DNA of 62,901 bases, filler included, from Hyphochytrium catenoides (GCA_900088475.1; 5 parts of 5 records of this genome joined end to end with filler, not necessarily neighbours in it), one strand, 5' to 3'; numbered from the whole stretch's first letter, positions 32,938-45,646 are shown. The notes: generated from the letters alone by a model not told the origin. Numbers and translations are program-made.

Positions 32938-33783
32938 TTGATGAGATGGCAGAGTTGGTTGGAAGCTCTTCTTCGTTGTGATGCAAATAGCACAATGAGG
33001 TTAATAAAGCTTATGAGCTCAAGGAGAGCTTTATCGACTAGAAGTCCTTAAGTACCATAAAGCCTAGGTATGCATGCCATGAAGTTCGATTGCAAGAGAG
33101 AAAACGGAGAGAGAACACTCTAGGGAAGAGAGAGAACAGAGAGTGTTAGAGATCATTGGATGATCAACAAGAGAGATCCGTGGTCTCTGACAAGAGAATC
33201 GGCAATAAAATTGGTGGTCAGAAGGAAGGGAAGAAGTAAAGTCGGAAAGAGAGAAATGTTTATGAAGTAAGAACAAATTTCTAGAGAAGTTAACGAAGAA
33301 AGAAAGCAGGACAAGGAACCAAAAAGAAGAATGTTCCTTGCTAGAGAGACTCCAGAAGGAAAGGGTTCTCAACGCCCCTTCCCAATGAATACTGTCTACC
33401 TTCAATCGACTTCTCAGTTCTTTGAACGTCGCTGCAGGGAGAAACTTTGTTAGCACGTCGGCCAACATATCCCTCGCAAAGACATAGATTGGCAGCAGAT
33501 CTCCTTCCTGGTAGGGCTTCCGGATGAAGTGGAACTTGATGTCGATGTGCTTTGAGCGTTTTTGGAAGATTGGATTCCTTATGAGCTCCATCGCCCCTTG
33601 ATTGTCTTGATAATACTTCGTAGCCCCATGGTAAGAAGGAATAAAGTCTTTGAGAAGTTGTCTGAGCCAGATCAATTCTTGTGCAGCCATAGCAGCTGCA
33701 GTATACTCGGCTTCGGTAGAGGAGAGAGCGATTGTTGTCTGCTTACGGCTAATCCAGGCAATCGGAGAGCCATTAAGGAGGAC
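32938..33783 (-). mobile_element. 3' fragment of a Ty1/copia retrotransposon: RNase H, polypurine tract, 3' LTR (about 33374 down to 32938)
   Basis: LLNGSPIAWISRKQTTIALSSTEAEYTAAAMAAQELIWLRQLL...QDNQGA...NPIFQKRSKHIDIKFHFIR...DMLADVLTK. Then PPT GGGAAGGGG, then CGTTGAG (degenerate TGTTG). The distal end ...CATCTCATCAA is shared with the second copy. Confidence 0.9.
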
Positions 33784-33793
33784 AACAGCGCCA

Positions 33794-34080
33794 GAAGTCG
33801 ATTATATTGCAGCTGCTATGGCTGCACAAGAACTGATCCTTCTTTAGTTGGGACTACGAAGTTCTATCAAGACAATAAGAGGCGATGGAGCTCAAAAGGA
33901 ATCCAATCTTCCGAAAAAGCTCAAAGCATATCGACATCAAGTTTCACTACATCCGGGAGCGCTACCAGGAAGGAGATCTACTGCCAATCTATATTTCCGT
34001 ACGAGGGCTATGCTGGCCGACTTAATATAATGGACCACAAAGAAGAAGAGCTTCCAACCAACTCTGCCATCTCATCAACA
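33794..34080 (+). mobile_element. Second, internally deleted copia RNase H / LTR-end fragment in inverted orientation
   Basis: GCAGCTGCTATGGCTGCACAAGAA...CATATCGACATCAAGTTTCAC...ATGCTGGCCGAC mirrors 33457-33716. GAAGAAGAGCTTCCAACCAACTCTGCCATCTCATCAA(CA) mirrors 32938-32974. Confidence 0.88.
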
Positions 34081-35035
34081 CTCTCAAAGTCTAAAACTTA
34101 AGCGAAGAATCCCCATTGCCTTCTCTTTGGCTTTATCTACTGGGCTTCGACGTTGAATAGTTAATGGTCTCGTGCCTCTTGACAGAATATCGCACCATTG
34201 TGACGTGAGTGTGTGTCCCGTTCTCCGCAGATCCTTAACACTGTCCTCCATAGTTCTGCACCTCCATAGTTCTGCAGGAGTCCACCGTACCCATGGCAAT
34301 GTCAGCCTTACTACGCTAGGCTGCGCACTAACTGAGCCTCTCTTTGCCACGGTCTAAAGCTCAGAGCTGTCTTGGTGGTTGACGGACCGATGAAAAGCTT
34401 CAGTAAAGCTCAATCAGATCTTCACCCAGTCTGCAGTCCTGCTACTGGGGGATGCCTCAGACAAACAAGAACCACTTACCCGGGTTTGTAAAATAGGTCC
34501 GTCCTCCACCCACAATCCTATCTGGGTTTCTGAATCACGTTCAGGTGGATAGGAAAGAGCGATATCTTTGTTTAAAGTAAAGCTTTCTTGGGGTGTGCGG
34601 GCACGTGTTGGACCCTTGATAATAATGGGTCTCACTGGGTGGTGCTGATCTAGACCTGGGTAACGTCCCGCACCGTCCGAACCCGCTGGACGCCGCCACT
34701 GCCCCTGCTAACGGATCCGCAGCACTTTTAGAGACTGATAGGCGAAGATTGCGTCTGCGTCTATAGGCCCTCGATCTCTATTGAGCTCGGTCCTTGTAGG
34801 TAGATCGGTAGCTGCTGCTGAGAAGTAACTCGGCAGCTGTTCGTAGATTCAGGCGTTTAGTACGACTGCTGACTGATAGAGCCTTACGAGAAAGAAGGGC
34901 CAGACTTGGGGCTATGGCGCCTCCCAGAGGAAGTGGTGGAGCGGGCCAGGGGCTGTGAGTTGCAGCTTAGAATCAGGCTGAGAGTCTGACGTGGCGGATA
35001 AGCTTGTCAGGCTAGTGCCTTCCGTTTTGAGTTCT

Positions 35036-38000
35036 ATGAAGGGGCCAAGGTGGAAGCTGCCATGGCCCGTAAGTGGCAGACTACTGAGGAGGAAGAACTC
35101 CACAAAGCTCAACACCATGAGAGGAAGCAGTAGTAACGGCTTGCATGTCATCATTCTTCTAATCTATGCCGTGCTGATTATCTATTGTGTCAGCATGTTG
35201 CTCACATTGGACAGCTTTATGGGCATTCGGAGGCAAACCAGCATTCTGGACGAGCTGACTATGAGCTCATTCGTTCAGATTGAGTCGCTGACAGACCTTA
35301 AGACAGCACTGGACTCTCAGGATCTTCAATGCCTAGGATGGACGCAAGTGCAAGGCTGCAATCCCTTTGATGAGACACAGGCGAAAACGGTTGTGCCTTG
35401 TAGCCTTCTTGTTATGGACACATCAGCAGCAGGCTTCTGTCATTTCCAGAATAAGAGCTCTGGTGCCAGCGTCTACGTCTATCCGCGGCGCTGTGACAGT
35501 GCCTACGGGCCATTTTCTTGCGACACGATCTACGAGGATATAGCATCGAACAAGTACATTCGGCTGACGACAATGGCACAGATTCGCTCCCTAGGTCATA
35601 GGAACCTCGAATGCGTGGCGTGGCAACAGAAGGGCAGCTGCAGCTCAGGGGTCCTCGGCGGCGGTTTAGAGCCAAGGACACGGCAATGTGATGAACACAT
35701 TGAGCCTGACTCTCAGGGCTATTGTGAGTTTAACGCTAGAGGAAGTGCAGAACTGCTGCGGGTGGAGGCACAGCCCTGTGGGAAGCGTTCTTCCACCTTC
35801 CGGTGCCAGGACCTCCTTTCCAGCTTCAATAGCAGTGACTACACCTCGTTAGCGAGCTTGACGGAGATCATTCAGACGAACGGCCGGAAGAAGCTCTATT
35901 GCAAAGGCTTTTTCTCTCTTTATATGAACGGACAAAGGGCAGCGGCAGGTGACCGCTCCTGCGACGCTTCTCTCGAGAACGTTGTGGCAGGGTATTGCGG
36001 TCTGGAAGACGCCTTCGGACAGGAGTACAAGCTCGTTCTGCCCCAAGATGAAGGCTTTCAGACCTGCAATGAGCTGCTTGCCCTGGTTTACACGCAGCGA
36101 CCGCAGCTCATCCCTATCACCTCCAGGGACCAGTTTCGACGCCTCTATTTTGAAGCTGGCTTCAGTTGTTCTGGCTTCAGAGCGCTGGATGACTATGGCA
36201 AGCGCCGTCGACCAAAGGGTGATCTAGAGTGCAACAGTCGTCTTCCTCTGCCTTCCCGTGGGTGGTGTCAGTATCGAAACCACTTGTCTGGCAGTCTTTT
36301 CAAATTAGATCTTTCAGCGACACAATGGAGGGAGTACGCCACTTGTGCCACGGCGTTAGACTGGTATTGGAAAGGTCTTGTCCCGCTTAACAGCTGGGCG
36401 GATACTGTCGCAACCTTTCAAAGGTATCCGGGGCTGGAATGTAAGGGCCACAAGGGCACCATGAACTGCAATCCAGCTGAGAAGCGATCCACTGCAGGCG
36501 ATGACCGCTGTGACAGCCACGTGGGATCGGGTGGAGGCTACTGCGAGTACTGGAATAGGAATTTGAGTCAATCGTATGCGGTCATGCCGCACGGATGCAG
36601 AGCATTTTTCCGGTTCAAGTGCCGCGACGTCCCCGCCATGGTAACGTTCTCGGTGAAGTTCAGCAAGTTTATGGACAAGCTGAAAGCTGACGGCTCTCTC
36701 TACGGGAACAATATAACGGCTTTTGAGCCTTCTCATAACCGGGGGATTGTGGTCTGCGTACACGAGAGGATCTGGATCAACGCTTATGCGCTGCTAAAGT
36801 TGCTGACTCACCAGAATTGTAAGCTTCCGATAGAGATCTGGTCCTTCAAGAGTGAGATCCCAGAGGACTCGGCCACTCGCATGTATCTCACGGAAGCCTA
36901 TCACAATGTCACGTTCAGAGAGCTGCAGATTCGCAACACGAACAAGGCGCAGATGGGCTATCTCATCAAGCTCTACTCTTTAGTTCACTCTGCCTTTGAC
37001 GAGGTGCTACTTCTTGATGCAGACAACTACCCAGTTCGGAACCCCACCTATCTCTTTGCTACAGAGGAGTATCGGCAGCACGGGGCCATCTTCTGGCCCG
37101 ACTTTTGGAACGCACAAGTCAGCATCTTCCCTGATCTTCATGCGAGGAGCTTCTGGTGGGATATGGTGGGACTGCCGTATGTAGAAATGATGGAAGGGGA
37201 GAGCGGGCAGGTGGTGGCGGACAAGCGTCGCTCACGTGGCCCACTGGAGGTCATCAAGTTCTTCTTGCAGCACTTTGACACCTATGAGGCCTACATTTTT
37301 GGGGATAAGGACTGGTTCCGCTTCGCCTGGCTGCTGGCCGGAAAGTCTTTCTATCTGGGGCCTAACTGTGGGACAGCGGGGCTGATGCAAGAATCAGATG
37401 GAAGCTTTTGTGGGCACACGATGGTGCAGTTTGATCCTCTGGGCCGTGTGCTATTTATGCATCGAAATATGGCTAAGCTTAAGACTCCAGAAGGGCGGAG
37501 AATGGTCTGGCAGTACGTAGAGAAGTACACAGGAGTTGGGTACATGAAGACTCGCTCCATACGGACTGACTGCTTTGAGATCCACGACCTGGTGACCGCC
37601 ATCCCGACCTACTCAGATCCAGAGCTCAAAGACTTTGAGGCGCGGATACTGTCTTACGCCATGGAGGGGCTTCTACGCTTTCGGGACTCTTGCGGATTGT
37701 TCTGCTGGCCAGACTTCTCCCTTACCACCTATGAATTTCTCTCTTCTAGTCTAGAGAAGGAGAATGACTATGTACCACGCTTTTGGTTCCCAGCCATGGA
37801 TCAGCTGGCCATCCACGGCCGTACAGAGAAGAACGGGTACAATGCAATGAAAGAGCTGAAAGCGGTGCTAGGTTTGCTGGTCCTAGACTCTAACAAGGGC
37901 AGCTATACCCTCGAGTATATGGTTGACCACATTGAGCGACTTGGTCGACAGTTCCTGGAGTTTGAAGTGATCCTCCTCTATGAAAGTTCTGTCTCAGAGC

Positions 38001-38474
38001 ACACAAGNNNNNNNNNNNNNNNNNNNNNNNNNNNGGGACACGGACGGGTTTGCTAACTCTTTCGGGCTGAAGTTTCCTTCACTCAGGGGTATGCCGGTAG
38101 ATCCGGCGGCGAGTCAGTACGACTTCTATACCGCGGACTGGCAGGTCTCATGCTCTAATGTCCTAGAACGCCGAGATACAAAGTATTTGGATCCTGAGAG
38201 CTTCAGAGGCGTGGGCTATACAGCCGAGAACTACCATGAAGTGAAGAACAAGGCATTTCCTTGGATGAGCACCTCCTTCGAGGTTGACTCTTGCTTTGGT
38301 CGAGTAGCTATATATGAGAGGAAAGTGTTAGGTGATTGCGTCTACCCCGAGAATGAGTATCAGGTGCTTCCTGGGGCGGAGATTGTCGGCTTTCATGCCT
38401 GTCTCAAGCGGCGGCATGACGCTATCATACGTTTCAATCCTCGACAGGTGGTCTATTGGGAACTTAGGTCATAG
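35036..38474 (+). CDS. Type II membrane glycosyltransferase: TM + five Cys-rich repeats + GT71 (MNN2-like alpha-mannosyltransferase) + second GT-A-like domain; interrupted by N-gap 38008-38034
   Basis: TM LHVIILLIYAVLIIYCVSMLLTL. GT71 motifs RGIVVC, LPIEIW, FDEVLLLDADNYPVRNPTYLF, GAIFWPDFW, ESGQVVADK, GDKDWFRFAW, FCGHTMVQFD. After the gap: YLDPESFR, VDSCFGRVAIY, EIVGFHACL, IRFNP. Start could be 35036 or 35117. Confidence 0.88.
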
Positions 38475-38884
38475 GATTGGACGCTCCATCTACTCTTTCT
38501 TTCCTCTTACACACTTTCTTTGTCTCCTCTATATCCGCTCTGCTGCTGCTTGTTAGTCGTAAGATATTGCATAGTGTCAGGGGTCTAGTCTAGCATAGAC
38601 AGACGCAGGCAGAGCACTAGTGCCATAGGACAATAACATAGCCCACCTCAATAAGATCGAGTACCTCTTGAGGTAGCTCCATGGACTGTGCCCTCTCTGC
38701 CCCGTCTTCTTTTAACAGATCGTCTCTCATTCCCCAGTCATCGTCATCCTCACCCGCCATAATCTCTCTCATTCCTTCCTTCGCCCGTCAACGCTTTCCA
38801 TTCCTCTGCAGCTTTTGTCATGTTGATGTCGGTCTGGTCACGTACTCAGAGGGAAGACAACAGTCATTCCATCGTTTAGGAACT

Positions 38885-40720
38885 CTAGACTTTCGTGCTT
38901 TCACGGATCCGTGCTTTTTTCTAGTTCTTTGCTATCTGTCAAAGTTTGTCGCCTTCGTCCTGGAGGAAGCCTCTCTTTCCTTACAGAGACTTGAGCACCC
39001 TGAAAGCACAAGCTGACTACTGGGTAGAGCGGCACTGGAGGTAAGGAGGTGAAGGCTAGTCCTAAGTCCACCTAGCATTTAAAAGCCGCTAAGGTTAGAT
39101 ACGTCCGTCCAAACGTAAAGAGGCCTAGACGAGAAGAGGAAGAAAAACAAGCAGAGCGAACTGTTAGACTTACCCCGTTTCTATAGAAGCGAAGTGTCCT
39201 GTCCCTGCAATCTAATAAGATGCCTATCACATCCTAAGGTATATGGTATGGTTTTAATTGAGGCTGGCAGCGGGCTTCAACAATTAGACTCCATGCACCT
39301 TACCCCATTCCTGCTTGGCGGACCGTAAGCGGTACTCTCCTGCAGTAAGAAGGCACTATTTAGCCTATGGAGAATATGGCGGGTCAAATGACGCATGTGT
39401 CTCTCTCTTCAAGGCACGCTACAGCTTCAGAATGGAACATAAGAGCGTGTAGTTCGCTGAAAACCCCAGCATTAGACATCTGGGCAAGAGATAATTGGTG
39501 ACGCGGAGTAGACAAGACCCAGATTGGCTGGTTATAACCTTATGCACTTTATGTCCATCAGAGCAGAGGTAACCCCAGAATGAAGAGGGACACTCATAGG
39601 GACACTTGTTAAGCCCGAGCTGCTCGGTCCCAACGCCGATAAAGACGTCATCTTTGCAAATATAGTTGTCCACCTTCACTTCCCAATAAGTCCTAGTGCA
39701 AGAGTGTGAGAGAGGAGAGTACGAGCGGACTAAGGATAGGTAGAAGTGTTATGAGGAAACAATACGTAGACATCGTGACAAGAGAGAGAGAGTAGTAGAG
39801 AGTATAGGCCTACCAGCCCTTGGTATATCCTATGGTGCCTATAGCTGTGCCAAAGCCTGTCGCGGTTGATGTCACGATCGAGCCGTCACCGTGGACAGAG
39901 ACATAATTCCCATGCCTAAGGCTATCAAACTGCACGACTGTGTAGATCGTTAGTACTTAGGTCATAGCTGCTTTAGTCCCATTAACATGGAGCAAGCCCA
40001 AGAGATTGCCGGTGTGATAAGGATAAGGGGACCAGTGGTTGCCATGCAGAGATGACTCTGAGTACTTGCAGAGATGTTGGGAGACCTACATTCTCTTCTA
40101 ATAACTGCCAGCTTCGAGCCTTCAAGCATCAAGTGTCGAGCAGATTAACAGAATTCAGCGTATCATCACCAGTCGACGAACTGAGTGCGCACTTACGTTC
40201 ATCTAAGTGATAGTGTGCGACGCTGGGCTCGTCATCCAACTCAAGCAGCTGGCCGCCGACAGACAAGACTAAGCGCAGTTCCTCGCCCCTAACGCCTGGA
40301 AGGAGCGCAGAGACATTAGCAGGCTTGCTGCGTGGCATCCCATATACTCTATGTTGGAAGGGCTTACCAATCAGGTCTCCAACCATCGTCTTTACCTTTT
40401 GGCAGGGCTCATTCAGAGCACAGACGAGATCCACCTTGCTCTTTTCCCCTACAATATAAAGCAAGGGAAGTCAGGCGCTCGTGCCACGACGCGGAAACAA
40501 GTGTAAGCCGAGACTCACCGACAGTAGGATGCACTTTAAGAGCGGTTGAGGTGCGGAGGTCTTTACGTTGGATGTACCCTGTTCCCCAATCAAAGACAAT
40601 GGCGACATGACTTGCTTCCAAATTGGTCTTTCCCTCCTCTGAAGAGCCTCGAAGCTTGCCATACCCGTAAGGGGTAAGAACAGAGTCGCCGTCCTGAGCT
40701 GCAGACTCAACGCTCTTCAT
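38885..40720 (-). CDS. Ubiquitin-like + SPRY/B30.2 domain protein, multi-exon
   Basis: Exons read by eye: MKSV..VLTPYGYGKL..VFDWGTGYI; EKSKVDLVCALNEPCQKVKTMVGDLI; VRGEELRLVL..LELDDEPSVAHYHL (UBL-like); AIGTIGYTKG; YWEVKVD..VFIGVG..FWGYLCSDGHK; DVIGILLDCRDRTLRFYRNG; VDLGLAF..PLYPVVSL (SPRY). Confidence 0.82.
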
Positions 40721-41781
40721 CCTCTCAGAGAAGTTCGCTCTTTATTGCCATCTACAATGACTGCTACGTTGAGACCCGTGGAGAGCGGAGGACAGACTAC
40801 CCTTCTAGATATAGACGTCTATCTCATCTGCCAGGCGAGATTGTACATTGGGATGGAGTTTTCAAGAAGGGGTAACTCTTAGGTCGAGCGAGATGGTCGA
40901 AAGGCTTTGCTGAAGATAGCTTGTCAGAAAAGCAAAGTTGAATATCTCTTGCCCTCAACCGCAAAAACTATATTTGCATCCGCTCTCTAGAGACTCTTGC
41001 CACCTGTCCCTGGGGATCTGCAAGAGGCAGGACTAGGCATCCACAAGCCTCTATTCTCTATTTAGAGATGGCGATGTCTCCTGCGGCGCGGCTGCAGATG
41101 AAGATTATTGCATTCCGATTCTTCATGCCATCAGAATCCGGCCTGTAGTCGTAGTATCCAGCTGTTCCTACACTTGCAGTTATAGATCCTGAGTGCGGTT
41201 AGCGGTCCTTTTGCCCTTCATATCTCTGTCTACCGTCAACAGCCCTCCTGTATCTCTCTCTGAGCAGCTGTCCTCTGTCTCGGTCACCTGCTTGGAAACC
41301 CATGGTTCCTTGTCCTTCGCAGCAGCTGTTCGTTGCTGCTGCTGCTGCACTTCAGTCCCTCCACTGGCACACTTCCATCACCTTCCTCCTCCAGATCTGG
41401 GCTCGCTCACAAAGATCCAAAGCTCTCCTTTACCGTCGATGCCGTACGGCAAGCTTCCATGATGAAGACCCCTGCCCTCCCTCATGGATAGTTCGTCATC
41501 GCGATCATGGACCTCCTCGCGTAGGGAGCATGCTGACCTTGCTTGAGATTCTTGACCTTGCACCCCTAGCCATCTGCCAGCTACTCCTCTTAGGATAAAT
41601 GCATCTTTGCTTAACTCCACTAAATGGTCATCATCTTGCCGACACTTCAGTTTCCAATTTGCCACAGTGCACATAGCTACCAGTGATTGAGAATAGACGT
41701 TGCTAAGCCTTCTGATAAGGTTGGAAATCGTAGGTGAAGACTGTAGCGCAACCCAGTTCTTCAACACATCAGCCAACAATT

Positions 41782-42834
41782 ATGCCCACCGCAACCACGA
41801 TGAAGGAGGTATTTGTACGGAGTGAGGGCAGCACCGTCGTCGCCGAGCTTCGAGAAGCCGCAATCCCATCCCCGAAAGCTCATGAAGTCTTAGTTAAAGT
41901 CATGTCAACGGCCTCCAACCCCAAGGATTGGAAGTATGTGGTTCAGTTTAAGGACCAGCTTGGAGTGAAGGAAATGAATACGGGTGATGATATTGCAGGC
42001 TACGTCGAGGCTGTTGGGGAAGATGTAACAGAATTCAAGAAGGGCGATAGAGTCGCTGCCTTCCATATCATGGGTGATCCTCATGGCAGCTACGCCGAGT
42101 ACGCGATCGCGCCGGAAGACACAACCTTTCACATCCCAAAGAAGACGAGCTTTGATGAAGCTTCTACTATTCCTTTGGCTGCGATGACCGCCGCTCTGGC
42201 TCTGTACCAAAATCTTCTTCTTCCTCCTCCTTGGAAGCCTGCCAATACTTCGACTCGCACGCCGCTCATTATCTATGGCGGATCAACAGCCGTTGGAGCT
42301 TTCGCACTGAAGCTGGCCAAGTTGTCTAACATTCATCCCATCATCACTGTTTGCGGTGCCGGGAAGCCTTACGTCGAGTCACTGAACGCAGCCGATCATA
42401 TCATTGATTATCGTTCCACCTCAGACGTGGCAAATGCTATCAGAGCTGTTCTGGGGAACGAGGAATGCTTCCATGCGTTGGATGCAGTCTCATATGATGC
42501 CACTATAGCCACCCTTGGGAAGGTCATCAGTCGCAACGGCCAGATAACGACCGTTCTGCCGGCAAGTTCTCCTCCTGAAGGAATAACATACACATGGACG
42601 CACGTTGGGTCAGTCCACCAGAAAACGTACTTCCCTGGGTCTACTCCAGGAGCCAACAAAGACTTTGGTTACATCTTCTTCCGCTACTTTTCAAAGCTGC
42701 TAAAGGAAGGACGTTTCTCGGGGCATCCACAAAAACTTCTTGGTGGTCTCGAGAGTGTGGAGACAGGTCTGAGGATGCTAATGGAAGGAAAGATCAGTGC
42801 AGAAAAGTGCGTGTACAGGGTGAAGCAAGAGTGA
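41782..42834 (+). CDS. Medium-chain dehydrogenase/reductase, enoyl-reductase-like (LovC/ToxD-type), intronless
   Basis: EVLVKV...NPKDWK, GDDIAGYVEAVGEDVTEFKKGDRVAAF, GSYAEY, SFDEASTIPLAAMTAALAL, LIIYGGSTAVG, GKISAEKCVY. Confidence 0.92.
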   Translation: MPTATTMKEVFVRSEGSTVVAELREAAIPSPKAHEVLVKVMSTASNPKDWKYVVQFKDQLGVKEMNTGDDIAGYVEAVGEDVTEFKKGDRVAAFHIMGDPHGSYAEYAIAPEDTTFHIPKKTSFDEASTIPLAAMTAALALYQNLLLPPPWKPANTSTRTPLIIYGGSTAVGAFALKLAKLSNIHPIITVCGAGKPYVESLNAADHIIDYRSTSDVANAIRAVLGNEECFHALDAVSYDATIATLGKVISRNGQITTVLPASSPPEGITYTWTHVGSVHQKTYFPGSTPGANKDFGYIFFRYFSKLLKEGRFSGHPQKLLGGLESVETGLRMLMEGKISAEKCVYRVKQE

Positions 42835-45328
42835 GTGGTTCTATCTCGGTCTCATCAGTCCCAAAGAGTACTCCCTAGGACAACCTATCAACCCAAATTC
42901 TACTCGATGATGACGACAACTTCATAATAAAGTCAAGGCTTACCTCCGTCCTGATCATTCACTGCTCGTTCCGATCAGTAGTAAAGCCCTTTTTTAGGCA
43001 TTGGTCCCTCCTTGAGAGATCTCATTCTATTGTACATGCTAGGAAGTAGGGCAGTCTACGTGTATCCAAGAAGTAATCGAGGTATCATCTTTCTTTCTTG
43101 CTGCCTTTAGCACTTCGATAGCCTCACTCCACTTGCTCACGGAGAGTAAGGAGTGGAGATGGCAGCGATATAATGAAAGACATACCTTCTCGACTTCTCA
43201 TATCACGTCGCTATTGACGGCTATGAGCAGAGAATGGGGAGGACAAGGGCACTGACCAGCATCTCATTCGTGGAAGTTCCTCCCGGAACAGACAACAATC
43301 CTGCCGCGTTCCCGCCATGGCCGCTTTCCCTTATCTTGGAGTGTCCATGCAATGCACAGCTGTATATTATTCCGGAGGCGATGGGGATCAGTTAGAGGAG
43401 CATGGGTCTTCGCAGAGCTAGGGATGACTTTCGCTAGGTTGCTGCCGATGTCAATGTTTACAAGAGCAGAAGCAGTAATAGTCATTGTTGTCACTACCAA
43501 CTTACTCTCCAAATGGTGATGATGATAGGACTATTTTTTTTCTGAGACGAAGGCCTTCTTCTCCTCAAACATTGCCCTCTTCCTTCCGTGCTCGAATCTG
43601 ACGCTTCCCATGGCTTTATATATGGACGGTAGGCATTAGCCATAAATAACAAGTACTGATGATCGAGTACCACCAAAGCTTCCCAATTTTTCCTTTCTTT
43701 CTCCATCTTCTCTATTGCTAGGCCTACTATGCACTTCTTCGTATTCTTGGCGGTCGCCTCGCCACAGCCACCGTCGCTTTTGTCTGGATGTTATAGACTT
43801 TGGTCTTCGGCATCCTCTTGATCCGAGTAAGGAGAGGAGGACAACCTGCTGCTACCAGCGCAATCCCTGGCCTATGTTATCTCTTCCTGGCCTCGTATCC
43901 AATGTCGAATTGTTATGGGACCACCTTTACTCTACTCCTAACTCATAAATTATCATCTACTGGCGCAGTCCTACGTTGAATAAACCCGAAGGCTCATGTT
44001 TATGAGGGTGACTTACAGAAGAGCGAAGGATGGCGGCAAGGGCCTTAGAAGCGCTTACCCGGGGATGATCGGATGATTGATGGCGGCTGCTGAGAAGGAT
44101 CAATATAATAATAATCTAAGAGTATTATGAAGTTGGACTTCCGCGTTTACTGCCAGTCCCATTCCTCAACCCCACAATACTAAGACATAGAGGTTCTACA
44201 GGCAATATTGGACATTATGGAGCATCTCTACTAAAGAAGAGACAATAATCTGGGCTTTGAAGAGATTTATTGCGAACCTACAAAAGGATAGAAGAGTCTC
44301 ATCAATAATGCAGAATAATCATTTGGAGTTTTTGCGTTTTTGCAGATTCTTCTCAAGCTCTTTCTTCCTGATAGAGATTCCAACTCTCCTCATAATATTT
44401 AGGCGCCGCGTACAACCCTGTAATTCGTAGTTCGTGGTACTGATGGCTGTACTCTTCGGATTGTGAGGGGAACAATTTTCGGTGAGCAACAATGGCTTCA
44501 AAGAAGGGTTACCCATGCGATCTTCACAATACCCTCTATTCCGTGCTTTGCCACCCTCACAGTCGGCCTTTCTTTCCTGTCCATCCGAGGGCAGGATTCG
44601 AAAGATTCGGTCCTCCGTCTCCACTCCAGAAGTCTTCAGGGCCAGGCCCAACAGAAGAAGTTTCTGTGGCCGAATCTTGTGAATCCTTCCGCCTGTCAGT
44701 TGAAACCTTTCCACAAAATTTCTTTTCGAGACCCCTAGACCCAGAAAATAGCACTGGAAAATAATCAAGACTGGACACAACGGGATGGATGGTCCTCCAA
44801 GATTCCCTGGTTCGTCTACAGTGAGAAAGGCAGAGACGGGTGGGCCACACCCTGAGTGGGAGGGAAGGATGGATGTTGCAGGAATGAAGGGCTTTTCCTC
44901 AACACAGCTTCAACACCCCCTCAAGACTGATTCTACGCCTCACACACAAAGCAGATTCAACCTCACTATACCTATCAAACAAATAGTGTTTAGTCTCACC
45001 AATGGCAAATTAAGAGTTAATTAACACACGCAGCTCCTCTTATGTAAGCGTGGGTTTGCCGCTGAGGTCGGGTTAGCCGTCCAGAACCTTTCTCCGCGCT
45101 TCCGGAAAGGTGTTCATTAACCAGAAGATGGACATTGTTCTTGTCCTCCGGAAACTCGAAGGATGATACAGATACTCAGACAATCTCTGAGAGTATCTGC
45201 ATCTGCATCAAGCTCATAATTCGATTATAGCCATCGAACATCATCGTTCACGTCAAACTGCCGCGCTCAAAAGTAGCGCAAGGCTAAGAGAGCATACATC
45301 TTCGTGTCCAGTCCAGGTTATCGCCGTA

Positions 45329-45646
45329 ATGGAAGAGACCGCCTTGGGAAGCAAGAAGGGTAGTAAGAGGGACCTTCAAGCTGTGGGCAGCTTCATCCTG
45401 GAACCCATTCCAGAGGATCCCGGTGTTATCGTGCCAGCTATCTCGAAGGCACAGATGGAAAGACAGAAGGCAATATACCGGAACGCGAGAGTCCAAGCAT
45501 CCGTTGAACGCATCTGCAAAAGCAGCGAGAGTAAAAGGACCCAAGCGAGCTATCTACAAGAGCTAAAGAACCACCGCGAGCTTCTTAAGCGGAAGGAGCT
45601 CGCCAAGAAACAGTGGCGCGGAATGTGGCGTGTGACCGTCTTCTAG
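45329..45646 (+). CDS. Hypothetical small basic/coiled-coil protein
   Basis: ATG-initiated 105-aa ORF with protein-like charged helical composition; no family recognised. Confidence 0.35.
   Translation: MEETALGSKKGSKRDLQAVGSFILEPIPEDPGVIVPAISKAQMERQKAIYRNARVQASVERICKSSESKRTQASYLQELKNHRELLKRKELAKKQWRGMWRVTVF

Noticed and set aside
43250-45000. Short ORFs between MDR and ADK
   Set aside because: Look like decayed sequence; no motifs recognised
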